Shown one piece after another: positions 52,001 through 64,000 of a stretch of DNA of 64,000 bases. Source of the DNA: Eledone cirrhosa (Eukaryota); NCBI GenBank assembly GCA_964016885.1, contig OZ024741.1, positions 146,568,001 to 146,632,000 of the forward strand. The letters run 5' to 3'. The notes below the pieces were generated by a model. It saw nothing but the letters and a program-made list of their open reading frames with translations. It was not told the DNA's origin and did no database searches. Both the position numbers and the translations under genes were made by a program. Positions within the stretch are counted from its first letter, which is position 1. Every line of letters starts with the position of its first letter.

Positions 52001-54299
52001 TCAATAATACTGAATCTAACAGAGCAGCTTATTGTGTTCAATGAATATACTATTGGTTTTGGCGTATTGTCCTCTTAACAATATCAGTTGTAAGATACTT
52101 TTAACAATAAAACTATTATATTCATTCATTCATCACTAATCTTATTTGGATGACGTTTTCACAGTCACTTCATTTCTATTATCAAAATGTAAAATAAAAA
52201 TTTAAAAAACAACACAAAAACACACTAATGTTACTTATATTAAAATATACTTTGAATTGAGATATATATTCATAAACTTTTAAATTTAATACTGATCTTT
52301 AATCTTATTTCTAAAGATTACATTGCATATAAATAATTCCAAAATCATATAAAGTCTAAATAAAAATCTCTTCTAGAGATTGTTAAAAGATGCTTTAACA
52401 CAATATATTGACAGATCAAATGGAGTGGCGAATGAAAATTTAACATAGCAACAGTTGGTTGGCAGCTAAATGTCTTGCGCTACTGGCAAATGAAAAATTT
52501 TGAAGAAATAAAAACTACATGAGAGACTATAGCATAGAATAATCTAAAATGGTTTGAATAAATAAGATGAAAAAAAAAAAAAAAAAAAAAAAACCCACAA
52601 GAAATCAAATAGGCAATTATCATTTGTTATATTGTCTGAGATTGATGATGAAAAATGTTTTAAAATAAAATAACTAACTTAAAAAATATCGATGATTATT
52701 ATATTACATCCTTTTATTATTCTTTGGTTGTTTGTTGTGACATAGTGAGCAGGGGAAGATTATGTTCTGATGGAAACTAATGCATTATGCTAAAATCTTT
52801 AAAAAAAAAAAAAAATCTTCAGCATTAACTTTAGAGAATATCAATAAAGAGGTACTGCTTTCAGTAGAGCACTTATTTCTATTGTCAGATAAAGTTGACT
52901 GATTCCAATTGGACATTGTATTTTCTTCTTTCCTCTTAAGATGGAAGAAGTCTTTTATGGCTGTTCTGTAAATACTGTTGAAATGTCCAACAGCAGATGG
53001 CTTGTAATCAGCAGTGGTTTAAAAAGATATAAATATACAATAGGAAATCATGAATAACAAAGAAATAGTAGTAGAGACATAAATCTATTAAATCAATTAT
53101 TAAAGGTTATTGTTTCTAGACCATGTGTTTCTCATGAATGAATATGATCCACTGACATTTAGAACAGATTTGCAATCAATAAGTTATAAGTTGTATGCAT
53201 GTATGGACCCACAAGTGCTGATGGAATCATAAAAGTACCAGCACTTTGCAGAATGTACTGGGTGAATTTTATTGTGGCACCATCCCTTAGATTTTACAGA
53301 TTGTATTGGATGCATTGTATCATGACCCCAACACTACCACATTACTGGGTGTATTTTATTGTGACATCAACCCTGTGACTTTACAGAGTGTTCTCAGTAC
53401 ATTTTTGTGGTATCAGCACTAGTATTTTACAGGCGGTAGTGAGGTTAGTGAAAATGAAATTTTGAAATAAAATTTACAGCTTATACCTATGTAGGTTTAG
53501 CTGTCTTCTTATAGGAGTTTTCTTGAGTGTTTAAATATGGGCCCCATTCATATTATGAAAAGCTATGTGAAATGAAGAATCTTGCTTAAGAACACAATGT
53601 GCAGCCCAGCCCATGAATCAAAGTCACAACCTTTTCATTCTGATCCCAAAACCCTGACACTAAACCATGCACCTTCATTGTCATGATGGTACTGATGATG
53701 TTGATAATGATGCTGATGAATAACACCTCCACTACTTAGTTAGATCAATGCAAACACCTTTTATAACAATACTTTATGACATTGATATTACTTCCTTAAT
53801 ACTTTCAAGTAATAAACTATTCATTTGCTACTATCTTATGAAGTAGACACACTTTTCTGAATGTTTAATTAAACACAAAACTACCACCACTAAAAGCAAC
53901 AAGTCAGATCATCATTTTGAGTTAATTAACAATGAATTTCACTAACAACAATAACATGAACTTGCTACCTTGCTATGTAAAAGCTAACTGCTTAACAAAG
54001 ACATAAATTTTTGAGTGTTGCAAAAAGACAATTAACAATTCATAGAAAAGCAATATAAAAGTATCTGGAAAGCTCTTGAGTAACAGAGGTGACAAAGTGG
54101 AAGAGTTGTTGTTATTGTGTTGAATTAAATGCTTTGCAGTATTTATTCTGTCACTCTACACACTGGGTTCAAATCCTGATGAGAAAGGCAGTGAATAACA
54201 ACCCATCCACTCCATACCAAAAACAATAGGCGAGGAAAAATGATGATCATGATAATGATATATAATTGCTATATAAAATAAATAAAATAATAATAATAG

Positions 54300-54485
54300 T
54301 TGTTTCTACTTTTGGCACAAGGCCAGCAATTATTCCAGTGTATTACTGGTACTTTATTTTATCGACCCTGTCAGGATGAAAGCCAAAGTTAACCTTGGCG
54401 GGATTTGAACTCAGACCATAAAGGGCCGTAACTCTTTGCTGCAAAGCATGGTGTCCCACCCTCTACCGATACTGCCAATCCACTG
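54300..54485 (-). mobile_element. SINE family A, full length
   Basis: Same body as 1872-2055; AAATAATAA flanks. Confidence 0.9.
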
Positions 54486-54692
54486 AAAATAATAACAGTT
54501 GGTCACAAATAATCAAATGAGATGTAAAGTAAAGAAAGGAATGTGAGCATCAGCTGATTTATCTGTATACCAATGAAGTCTAAATAATTTTCTGTTTGTT
54601 TTGAATAAGAATTAGTGGCAATGCAAAACCCTAAGTTGTAACCCCTCCCCCAATTTACTACTTCCTCTCATTCTACTTTTGTTTTATATATA

Positions 54693-54915
54693 TTCAAGGA
54701 ACGATCGACTTTCGTCAAATCGGACCGAGGGAACAATGTTTCCGTTGGTCTTTCCAATTGCTAATACTATCTATCGGTCGCAACTCCAGGTAGAAGGAGC
54801 AACGTGAAATAAAGTGTCTTGCTCAAGGACATAACGCATCGCCTGGTCCAGGAATCGAACTCACAACCTTACGATTGCGAATCCAATTCTCTAACCACTC
54901 AGCCACACGCCTTCA
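54693..54915 (-). mobile_element. Young tRNA-derived CORE-like SINE
   Basis: RC head GGCGTGTGGCTGAGTGGTTAGAG...GAGTTCGATTCCTGG and CCTTGAGCAAGACACTTTATTTCAC; CpGs retained. Confidence 0.88.
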
Positions 54916-55063
54916 CTTTATATATATATACTACCCATAGTAGTATATATATACCTATAGTAATATATATATTACCCATAGTAATAGTTACCTAGACACT
55001 TATGACCTTAGCAACCTGTGCCCTACAAGACCAGCAAGAGGCAGACCACCTACCATTACCTCA

Positions 55064-56497
55064 ATGGCCAAGAAAACCCACACAAATAGATGGAACGGGT
55101 GGACCAGAGCCATACGGACACCCGAAAACCACGATGAACTGAAGAAAATGATTGCACATGCGGTAGGGGCCAGCATAAAATTAACCCTTAAGGAACATAT
55201 GTTCAAGTTTAATGGTAAAACATATGCCCAAGAGGAAGGAGCAGCCATTGGTGTTAGCATTGCAGGCGACATAGCTAACTTATTCATGGTATGGTGGGAC
55301 AGTAGACTTAAACAAAAACTTAATGAACAATTAGAAGACAGCTTAACCCTGATAATGTACTCCCGCTACGTAGATGATATAAACATCGTAGTTAAGACAC
55401 CCCCACTAAAGAACAGTCAGGAACTAGAGAAAAACACAATGGAAAGCATCCAGCAAATAGCAAACTCCATCCACCAGAGCATTAAAGTTACTATAGACTA
55501 CCCAAGTAGACACCCCAAACATCGATTACCTGTACTAGACACAGAGCTCTGGTTAGATACAATTAACAACCAAAAACAAATCCTCCATTCCCAATATGCC
55601 AAACCCATGACTTCCAAACATCTGATCCACCGAAACTCGGCCATTTCGGACCATACCAAAATCAACATACTGATTGCGGATTTGGTACGGGTGATGAGAA
55701 ATGTGTCCCGCATGTGCAACCCCGAAGAACTAGAGAGACACATACAACACTTCATCCACCGTATGCAGTTCTCTGGCTACAATCAGAGAGATAGAATCAG
55801 AGTGTATAAAGGAGCCAGAACCAAATGGGAAAAAATGGTAAATAATGACATAAATGGGACCTGCCCCTTGTATAGGAGCAAATTTTGGAATAGAATAGAA
55901 AGAACTAAGAACAAGGCCAATAGAATAAACTCATGGTATGATAGCAATAAATACCAGAGTGTAATGTTCATCAATACAACCCCTAGAGGCGAACTAGCCT
56001 ACAAATTTAGAAGGGCCCTAAAGAAACATAATCTCAATATTAAGATAGTAGAAAGACCTGGTACCTCCGTAAAAACACTTATTAGCAAGACATACCCATT
56101 CCAAAGACCCTCATGTATAGATAAGAAATGTATAACCTGTAAAATAAGCCCCCATATTAACTGTAAAACTAGAAATGTAGTATATAGCATAAGATGTACT
56201 GAAGGACAATGTAGAAACAAAAATATAGTGTACATAGGTGAGACAGCTCGTAGTATAGGGGAACGAATAAATGAACACTGGCGAGACCTCCAAGATAATA
56301 AAGAATCATCTGTGCTCTACCAACATGCTAAGATAGAACACAGGGGTAAATTAGAGAGCATAGAAATAAAAATAGAATCCACACACAAGAAAGACGCAAT
56401 GTTTAGGCAAATTACAGAGGCAGTAAGCATAAAAGAATTAAAACCAAAATTAAATAGAAAATATGAGTGGAACAGCAACATCACAACTTACAATTAA
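55064..56497 (+). CDS. Penelope-like reverse transcriptase plus GIY-YIG endonuclease (N-terminally truncated; frame open from about 54980)
   Basis: QEEGAAIG, YSRYVDD, LPVLDT, YAKPM..HRNSA, linker CxxxxCxxC..C, NVVYSIRC..C..YIGET.R...R..EH..H, EAVSI..P.LN.K.E; upstream in-frame LCPTRPARGRPPTITS. Confidence 0.95.
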   Translation: MAKKTHTNRWNGWTRAIRTPENHDELKKMIAHAVGASIKLTLKEHMFKFNGKTYAQEEGAAIGVSIAGDIANLFMVWWDSRLKQKLNEQLEDSLTLIMYSRYVDDINIVVKTPPLKNSQELEKNTMESIQQIANSIHQSIKVTIDYPSRHPKHRLPVLDTELWLDTINNQKQILHSQYAKPMTSKHLIHRNSAISDHTKINILIADLVRVMRNVSRMCNPEELERHIQHFIHRMQFSGYNQRDRIRVYKGARTKWEKMVNNDINGTCPLYRSKFWNRIERTKNKANRINSWYDSNKYQSVMFINTTPRGELAYKFRRALKKHNLNIKIVERPGTSVKTLISKTYPFQRPSCIDKKCITCKISPHINCKTRNVVYSIRCTEGQCRNKNIVYIGETARSIGERINEHWRDLQDNKESSVLYQHAKIEHRGKLESIEIKIESTHKKDAMFRQITEAVSIKELKPKLNRKYEWNSNITTYN

Positions 56498-56802
56498 GGA
56501 CAAAATGAAAACACACACACACATAGAACAAACAACTTACAATTGAAAACACACACAAAATGAAAACACACACAAGACAAAATGAAAACGCACACACACA
56601 TAGAACAAACAACCAACCAACAATAAATAAATAAATAAACAAACAAATAGAAAAATATAAATAGAAAAATAGAAAAATGAACACAAACACACACAGACAC
56701 CCGGATGTGGCACATGCGCAAACTGAACACGCAACCCACACACAAACAAAATGGCGTAGGATAGAAGAAAGGAAAGGCACAGAAATGAAGAAAGAAATCC
56801 CC

Positions 56803-56847
56803 AGTCACTGAAGAGGTCACAGAGTGTGTAACGAAAGAACTATGACT
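56803..56847 (+). ncRNA. PLE pseudo-LTR minimal hammerhead ribozyme
   Basis: AGTCA-CTGAAGA-GGTCAC..GTGTAAC-GAAA-GAAC-TA-TGACT; 5-bp stem I. Confidence 0.75.
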
Positions 56848-56994
56848 ATATATATATAAACAACTATCTGGTTGTGGAACCAACCAACCAGAAATTTATA
56901 AATTTGTAAATTTATAAATATATAATAAATTAAATTGAAGTGAAAGCAACTGGTGCGTGTGTTTCTTATTGGCAACATGACCCTCCCAAAGTAT

Positions 56995-57033
<39 letters not shown>

Positions 57034-57036
57034 TAT

Positions 57037-57532
57037 TTTGTTATGCTTTGGGAGGGTCATGTTGCCAATAAGAAACACAGTTGCTTTCACTTCAATTTAT
57101 TATAATAAATTTATAAATTTAGGAATTTCCGGTTGGTTGGTTGGTTGGTTCCACAACAAGATGGTTGTTTATATATTGTCAAAGTTCTTTCGTCACACAT
57201 TATGTGACCTCTTCAGTGACTGGCGTAGGGCAGAACAAAGGAGAGGCACAAAAAAACAAAGAAAAGAATCCCCAGTCACTGAAGAGGTCACAGAATGTGT
57301 GACGACAGAACTTTGACAATATATAAACAACCATCTGGTTGTGGAACCAACCAACCAACCGGAAATTTATAAATTCCTAAATTTATAAATTTATTATAAT
57401 AAATTGAAGTGAAAGCAACTGGTGCGTGTGTTTCTTATTGGCAACATGACCCTCCCAAAGTATAACAATATCGGTTTCAACACACGTTTTCCGATAAAGA
57501 ATCTTGCTAAACAAATTCAGAAACGAAATATA
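57037..57532 (+). mobile_element. Non-autonomous palindromic derivative of the PLE (inverted pLTR, direct pLTR, tail)
   Basis: 57037-57222 is the reverse complement of 57272-57468; tail 57469-57532 shared with 20500-20558 and 59625-59672. Confidence 0.9.
57178..57220 (-). ncRNA. PLE minimal hammerhead ribozyme (inverted copy)
   Basis: RC reads GTCA-CTGAAGA-G-GTCACA-TAATG-TGTGAC-GAAA-GAAC-TT-TGAC; the direct copy at 57275-57317 has GAAA mutated to GACA. Confidence 0.75.
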
Positions 57533-57534
57533 TT

Positions 57535-57872
57535 ACATGCATACATTTATTTTTTAAAATTAATTGAGTTCTTAACACGTGGAATTGATATTAGTTTTGA
57601 AATAACTAATTAACCCGCGTGTATTAAATATTTTACTCTTAATTTGGCCAGAGATTTACATTCCCAATCGCCTTTTAAAGCGTAACTTTCCGTATTTACT
57701 ACGGTTATGAGATGCGGCACGTTATTTAGGTATCACTTCTGTTTTTAGCCTAAGAAAATATCTATATGCGTGTGTAATTAATACACGCATACATTTATTT
57801 TTTAAATTTCAATTGAGTTCTTAACACGTTGGATTGATAATGATTTTGAAAAAACTAATTAACCCACGTGTT
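57535..57872 (+). repeat. Spaced direct repeat of about 88 bp (57535-57622 and 57783-57872)
   Basis: GCATACATTTATTTTTTAAA..AATTGAGTTCTTAACACGT..AACTAATTAACCCRCGTGT occurs twice. Confidence 0.9.
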
Positions 57873-58030
57873 TATTATTTTCTTTTCTCGTGAACCGTGG
57901 TTGTCTCCCTTTCCCGCTTAGTGACGCTATGATACTTCCTCAGTCAAAAGACTGCTGGAATTTCAAATTTGGCGGTCATTCGATGCGTGAAGGAGCAGCT
58001 TAGCAGACACGATTTTTAACTGCGGTAAGA
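57660..58030 (+). promoter_or_regulatory. Candidate CpG-retaining promoter and non-coding first exon
   Basis: Locally high CpG in non-repeat DNA; CCAAT, TTTCCCGC (E2F-like), TGACG, TTTCAAATTTGGCGG (CHR/E2F-like); donor G|GTAAGA at 58025. Confidence 0.4.
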
Positions 58031-58366
58031 ATTTTTTCTTATATCAAAGTTTAATGGGCTTCCACTGAAGATTTATAAGTGCTCACCTAAATATATTCTT
58101 ACATGAATATATGTTAGGCTTCTACATAAACTGGAAACATTCTCCCAATTTGTAGAAAACTTATAATGAAACAATTGTTTGGAAAGAGAGATATATTTTA
58201 ACTTTAATTATATCTCATAAAATAATACAACTGGCTTTCCACAAAATTCATATAGTTAGCACCCCAAACACTTAAATTGGGTTTATACTAACATATAACC
58301 TAATGTTTGTTGAGTGAGATGGTTACCAGTCGGAGTTTAGCTTTAAGCTATCTCTGTTATTGTATT

Positions 58367-58406
<40 letters not shown>

Positions 58407-58429
58407 TAATATATATATATATATATATT

Positions 58430-58592
58430 AATACAGAGAGAGAATTAGTTCAACAACAGATTAGCAAACCATACTCGAGGATGTGCATTTCACCAGATGG
58501 ATTTTCAACCCTTGTATGGCTGCAGGGAGAACAGAAACTTCCGTTCTCACTGCAGCCATACATGAATTGGAAATCCGTCTATTGAAATGTAC
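58430..58592 (-). mobile_element. Hairpin element with tail
   Basis: 50-bp inverted arms 58483-58532 / 58543-58592; tail toward (TA)n with RC TCGAGTATG. Confidence 0.65.
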
Positions 58593-59672
58593 GACAACCA
58601 GAGACACCAGAGTGTCATGTTCGTAGACGCTACCCCTGGAGGGAAATTAGCTAGCCAGTGTAGAAAGTCCCTGAGAAAGACCCACCTAAAGATTAAGGTG
58701 GTAGAAAAGCCAGGAACCACCATAAAATCCCTGATCACCAAAACATACCCTTTTAAGAAAACTCATTGTACTAATAGGAAATGTATTATATGTAAAGTAA
58801 ACCACGGGATAAACTGTAAAACTAGAAACGTTGGCTATAGCATAAGATGTACGAGGGTACTTGAAGAAACATGACAACAACATACATAGGCGAGACAGCT
58901 CATAGCATAGGTGAAAGGATAGATCAACACTGGGGGAACTAAAAGGAAGAAAAAACGGTTCAGTACTATACGAACACGCCAGACAACAACATGACGGTAA
59001 CATAGACAACATAGAAATTAAAATAATATCTAAACATAGAAATGACCCAGCAGATAGGCAAATAAGAGAGGCCAGTGAAATAGAACTTAGAAGGCCAAAG
59101 CTAAACAGAAACAATGAGTGGAATAGCAACAACAAACAATACTGACCTAAGAGAAATATATACACAAGCACAATAACAACAAACACATATAAACACATAT
59201 AAACATATAAACACACACTAGTAAACTAAGATAGAATAAAATAACCAAAACACAGTCACCCAAATGCGAACACACATCAAACACTATACACACACGCAAA
59301 CGCATGCGCAGAGAAGAAGACAAAAATAAATAAATAAATAAATAAATAAACAGATTAAATAAAGATGGCGTAGTCATACAATACAACAGGAGGAAACATA
59401 ATAGCACCACTGACGGTGTTGCAGATGTGCAACAAAAGAACTTTGTTAGACTATATATATGTGTTTGTGTCTATATTATATCTGTATTTTTGACCGTTGG
59501 TCAGTCAATGGTAAACATTGAGGACCGAATAAATTAACTGATATAAAAGATACAGAAGCAAAAACCAACCAAACAGTGAGTGTGTTCTGTTATTAATTCT
59601 CGCAATATTATTACAAGAATAACAATATTTCGACACACGATTTCATATCAAAAACCTCAAAAATCAAATATA
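58587..59672 (+). mobile_element. Second, decayed PLE copy (GIY-YIG end, 3' UTR, degenerate hammerhead, tail)
   Basis: QSVMFVDATPGGKLA..KVVEKPGTTIKSLI..CKTRNV.YSIRC collinear with 55950-56497; frameshifted; degenerate hammerhead at about 59405-59447. Confidence 0.9.
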
Positions 59673-59689
59673 TATATATATATATATAT

Positions 59690-60965
<1,276 letters not shown>

Positions 60966-60969
60966 TTAC

Positions 60970-61252
60970 TCACACCGGGTTATGTGTTGTTTCCTTGAGC
61001 AAGGCACTTTATTTCATATTGTTCCAGTTTAATCAGCTGTAGAAATGAGATGATATGGACTGGGGTCCATATCATTCCATTGCAAAGTGGTCGTGGAGGT
61101 GCCATGACAAAAAAGCACCCAGCACTCACTGTAAATAAGGTTGTTGTTAGGAAGGGCATCCAGCTGTAGAAATCAAGCCAGAATCAGTTCCCGTCCCTCC
61201 CTTGCAAGCAGGGAAAAAGTGGACGTAAAAATGAAATGATGATGAATGATGA
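60970..61252 (+). mobile_element. SINE family B, 5'-truncated
   Basis: Matches 11895-12153 and 59690-59950. Confidence 0.9.
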
Positions 61253-61266
61253 TACACACACACACA

Positions 61267-61331
<65 letters not shown>

Positions 61332-61384
61332 GTCCAACCCATGCAAACATGGAAAACTGGATGTAAAACGATGATGATGTGTGT

Positions 61385-62468
61385 ATAATTTTATGCCTCA
61401 AATGCAAATTATGGGTACATAAGAGATGTGGGATCACAGGTAAGCTAACTAAGACCGTTTTATATGTGGCTAATGCTCAGGTTTAGTAAGTAGCAAGAGC
61501 CAACTAGATGCTAACTCCTTCAACTGCCCAGATGGTTCTATAGAAATAGTAGACACTTTCTGTTACCTGGGTGACAAAATCAGCTGTGGAGGAGGATGCT
61601 CTGAAAGTACAGTACCCAGAGTTAGAACAGGATGGAAAAAGTTCAGAGAGCTAATACCGCTGTTGGCCACAAGTGGTTTTTCACTAAAAGTGAAAGGCAG
61701 ATTATACAATGCTTGTATACAAACGGCAATATTACATGGTAGTGAGACCAGGGCGTTGTGTGCTGAAGACTTGTGTAAATTAGAAAGAGATGATGGTCGT
61801 GTAATAGTAATGTATGTGAACAGCAAAGCATAAACGAATTGAGAGAGAGACTAAGCATAAGAGGTATCAAATGTTGAGTTCTGGAGAGAAGATTGTGTTG
61901 GTATGGACATGTGATGCATATGAAGGACAACAGCTGTATAAAAAAGTACAGAGCGATCAAAATTGAGGGAAGCTACAGAGAGGGTAGACCAAGAAAAACC
62001 TGGGACGAGGTGATAAAAACTGACCTTGCTCACTTACACCTCTCTAAGACAATGTCACTGGATTGAGATCTTTGGCGCTATGCAGTTATACAGAAGACCC
62101 GCCTTCCCTTGCATACAAACTTAACTTTACAGTCAGTAGGCACCTCTTAAGCCAATATACACCCCACCCACACACACTACCACATCCTCTCATTTCCCTC
62201 CACTGTAAAGTGATCGTGTAGGTGACACAACAAAAAGCACCCAGTCCACACTGTAAAGTGGTCATGTAGGAGACATGGTAAAAAGGCTCCCAGTCCACAC
62301 TGTAAATGTGGTTGGTGTTAGGAAGGTCATCTAGCCATAGAAAACCTGCCAGGGACAGTTCTGTATGAGCAAGACACGGTCTCCTGACCAATCTCACCTC
62401 AAGTGGAACAAAACTGTCCAACCCATGCTAGCATGGAAGATGAATGTTAAACAATGATGATGATGATA
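61385..62468 (+). mobile_element. Decayed copy of the PHD-RTE family
   Basis: ILCLKCKLWVHKRCGITGKL, IEIVDTFCYLGDKIS, GRPRKTWDE; 3' UTR and GAT tail. Confidence 0.93.
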
Positions 62469-62486
62469 TATATATATATATATATA

Positions 62487-62682
62487 AGTAGGTTTCAAGT
62501 TGAGTTGGGGGCAACCACAGAAAAGAAGGTATTCAATACATGTGTTGAGTGAAGACAGGAGTTTATATAGAAAAGGCTTCTACAGGACCAGTACTATTTC
62601 ATTTGCATGAAAACATCATTCCTGATGATTTCATATCAATGAAACAGTACTAGTCCTATAGAACCCTTTTCTATATAAACTC

Positions 62683-62683
<1 letters not shown>
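62487..62683 (-). mobile_element. Fold-back mini-element with hammerhead remnants and tail
   Basis: Arms 62559-62603 / 62638-62682; CTGATGA (62622) ... GAAACAGTA; tail with RC TTGAATACC; TA flanks. Confidence 0.7.
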
Positions 62684-62713
<30 letters not shown>

Positions 62714-63099
62714 CACACACACAAACAAACACACTTAGTATTATCAACTTCAGACATAGATATACAAAATCAGTGATAAAATAGTAAAATACAGATACTC
62801 TATGTTCAAATGTCTTCAAAGGTATCTATTTCCATCATTGTAGTGGCATTTTTGTGATCCCTTCAGCTGTGAAATTCAACCTTTCATAAGTGCAACTGCA
62901 GAACATTGATATATGATATATATTTCGCATGAAATGTTAAACTCTGGATAATAACTAATACATTTTAAATCATTTTACACATTAAACCATGTTCTAAATG
63001 TAAGAAATTATTATTACTAGTATATAACCTGTTTTATGGAGAGAATAAGTAATATTCAGTTTCTTTAAGAAATTGTAACAAAACGGTGATGATGATATA

Positions 63100-64000
63100 A
63101 TCATCACCGTTTAAAGTGCATTCTTCCATGCTAGTATGGGTTAGACGAGTTGTCCGATTGTGAGACCAGTCACATCAGATGACCATGTTCTGCCCATACA
63201 GAACTATTTATGGCTGGATGCCCTTCCCATTGCCAATTACATTTATAGTGCTGACTGGGTGCTTGTTCTCGTGTCACCTACATGGCCAATTTTATAGTGT
63301 GGACTGGGCACTTTTTGTGACACCTAAACCACCAGTTTTACAGTGTGGACTGGGCATTTTTTGTTGTGACATCTACACAACCACTTTACAATGTGGTAAG
63401 GGTACATTTTGTCATGACACAAAAAAAAACTCCTTTACAGGAGGTACATGGGGATTGGAGATAAATATAGGGTGTGGCACTTATCTGGTGAAGAGGGTGT
63501 AGGGATATGGATGAAGGGTGAGGTGTTAGGATATGGGTGGAGTGTTAGGATGAGGGAGGTGTATGGAAGTGGGAGTGGAAGGGGAAAAGTTGTGCATACT
63601 AGATGTATGCTTCTATCCATGCACATTGGAAGATGGGTCTACTGAATTACTGCATAACACCAGAGATCTCATCACACTCGAGAGATGCAATTGTGCAAGA
63701 TCATCTTTTATCCCCTCATCTTAAATCTCTCTAGATCTTCCTACTCCATAGCTTCCAACAACTTTGACTGCTCTGCACCTTTTTATACAGCTGTTATCCT
63801 TCATATGTATCACTGCATTCCAATGCATTCTCCTCTCCTGCACACAGCATCTGATCACTCTTATGCTCAGTTTCTCTGTTAGTTCATTTATGTTTTGCCA
63901 TTCATGTATATTACTATTACACATCCATCAAAGCATGCCAACTTCATTTCTTTTCATTTTTTTCAGGTTCTCTACACACAGCACCCAGGCCTCACTACCA
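63100..64000 (-). mobile_element. Decayed RTE 3' fragment running off the window end
   Basis: MCNSNIHEWQNINELTEKLSIRVIRCCVQERR homologous to the C-terminus of the 8802-10433 ORF. Confidence 0.9.

Larger units (their letters stand above)
54980..57000 (+). mobile_element. 5'-truncated Penelope-like element (probably Naiad- or Neptune-type) with 3' pseudo-LTR
   Basis: RT-GIY-YIG ORF, A/C-rich 3' UTR, hammerhead, terminus CATGACCCTCCCAAAGTATAACAA then (TA)n. Confidence 0.93.

Noticed and set aside
54840-54915. tRNA-like sequence
   Set aside because: SINE head: A and B boxes present but it runs into a CORE-like body with no acceptor stem; not a tRNA gene
56481-56883. Hydrophobic Cys/Val/Phe-rich minus-strand ORFs
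   Set aside because: Antisense of the A/C-rich low-complexity PLE 3' UTR

Overview
AT-rich, microsatellite-dense eukaryotic DNA. The repeat content (RTE LINEs with (GAT)n tails, tRNA-headed CORE-like and Meta-like SINEs) suggests a cephalopod such as an octopus; this is an inference. No host protein-coding gene could be supported. The window is a mosaic of mobile elements: a young 5'-truncated RTE LINE whose RT carries an inserted PHD finger (8447-10440, -); a decayed CRE-like element with an N-terminal PHD finger in a (TA)n tract; a decayed near-full-length RTE with C-terminal C2H2 fingers; a Penelope-like element (RT + GIY-YIG, 54980-57000) with hammerhead-bearing terminal repeats; many SINEs; Tc1/mariner, pogo/Tc2, hAT and TTAA (piggyBac-like) MITEs; and transposase relics. 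The most striking unexplained signal is a set of short, sequence-diverse, non-coding elements inserted in (TA)n tracts. Many are fold-back palindromes, several carry intact-looking minimal type I hammerhead ribozymes, and seven share a T(T/C)GAG(T/C)(A/G)C(T/C)-like tail motif. They look like a radiation of non-autonomous Penelope-derived, retrozyme-like elements. All alignments and folds were done by eye, and boundaries of decayed elements are approximate.
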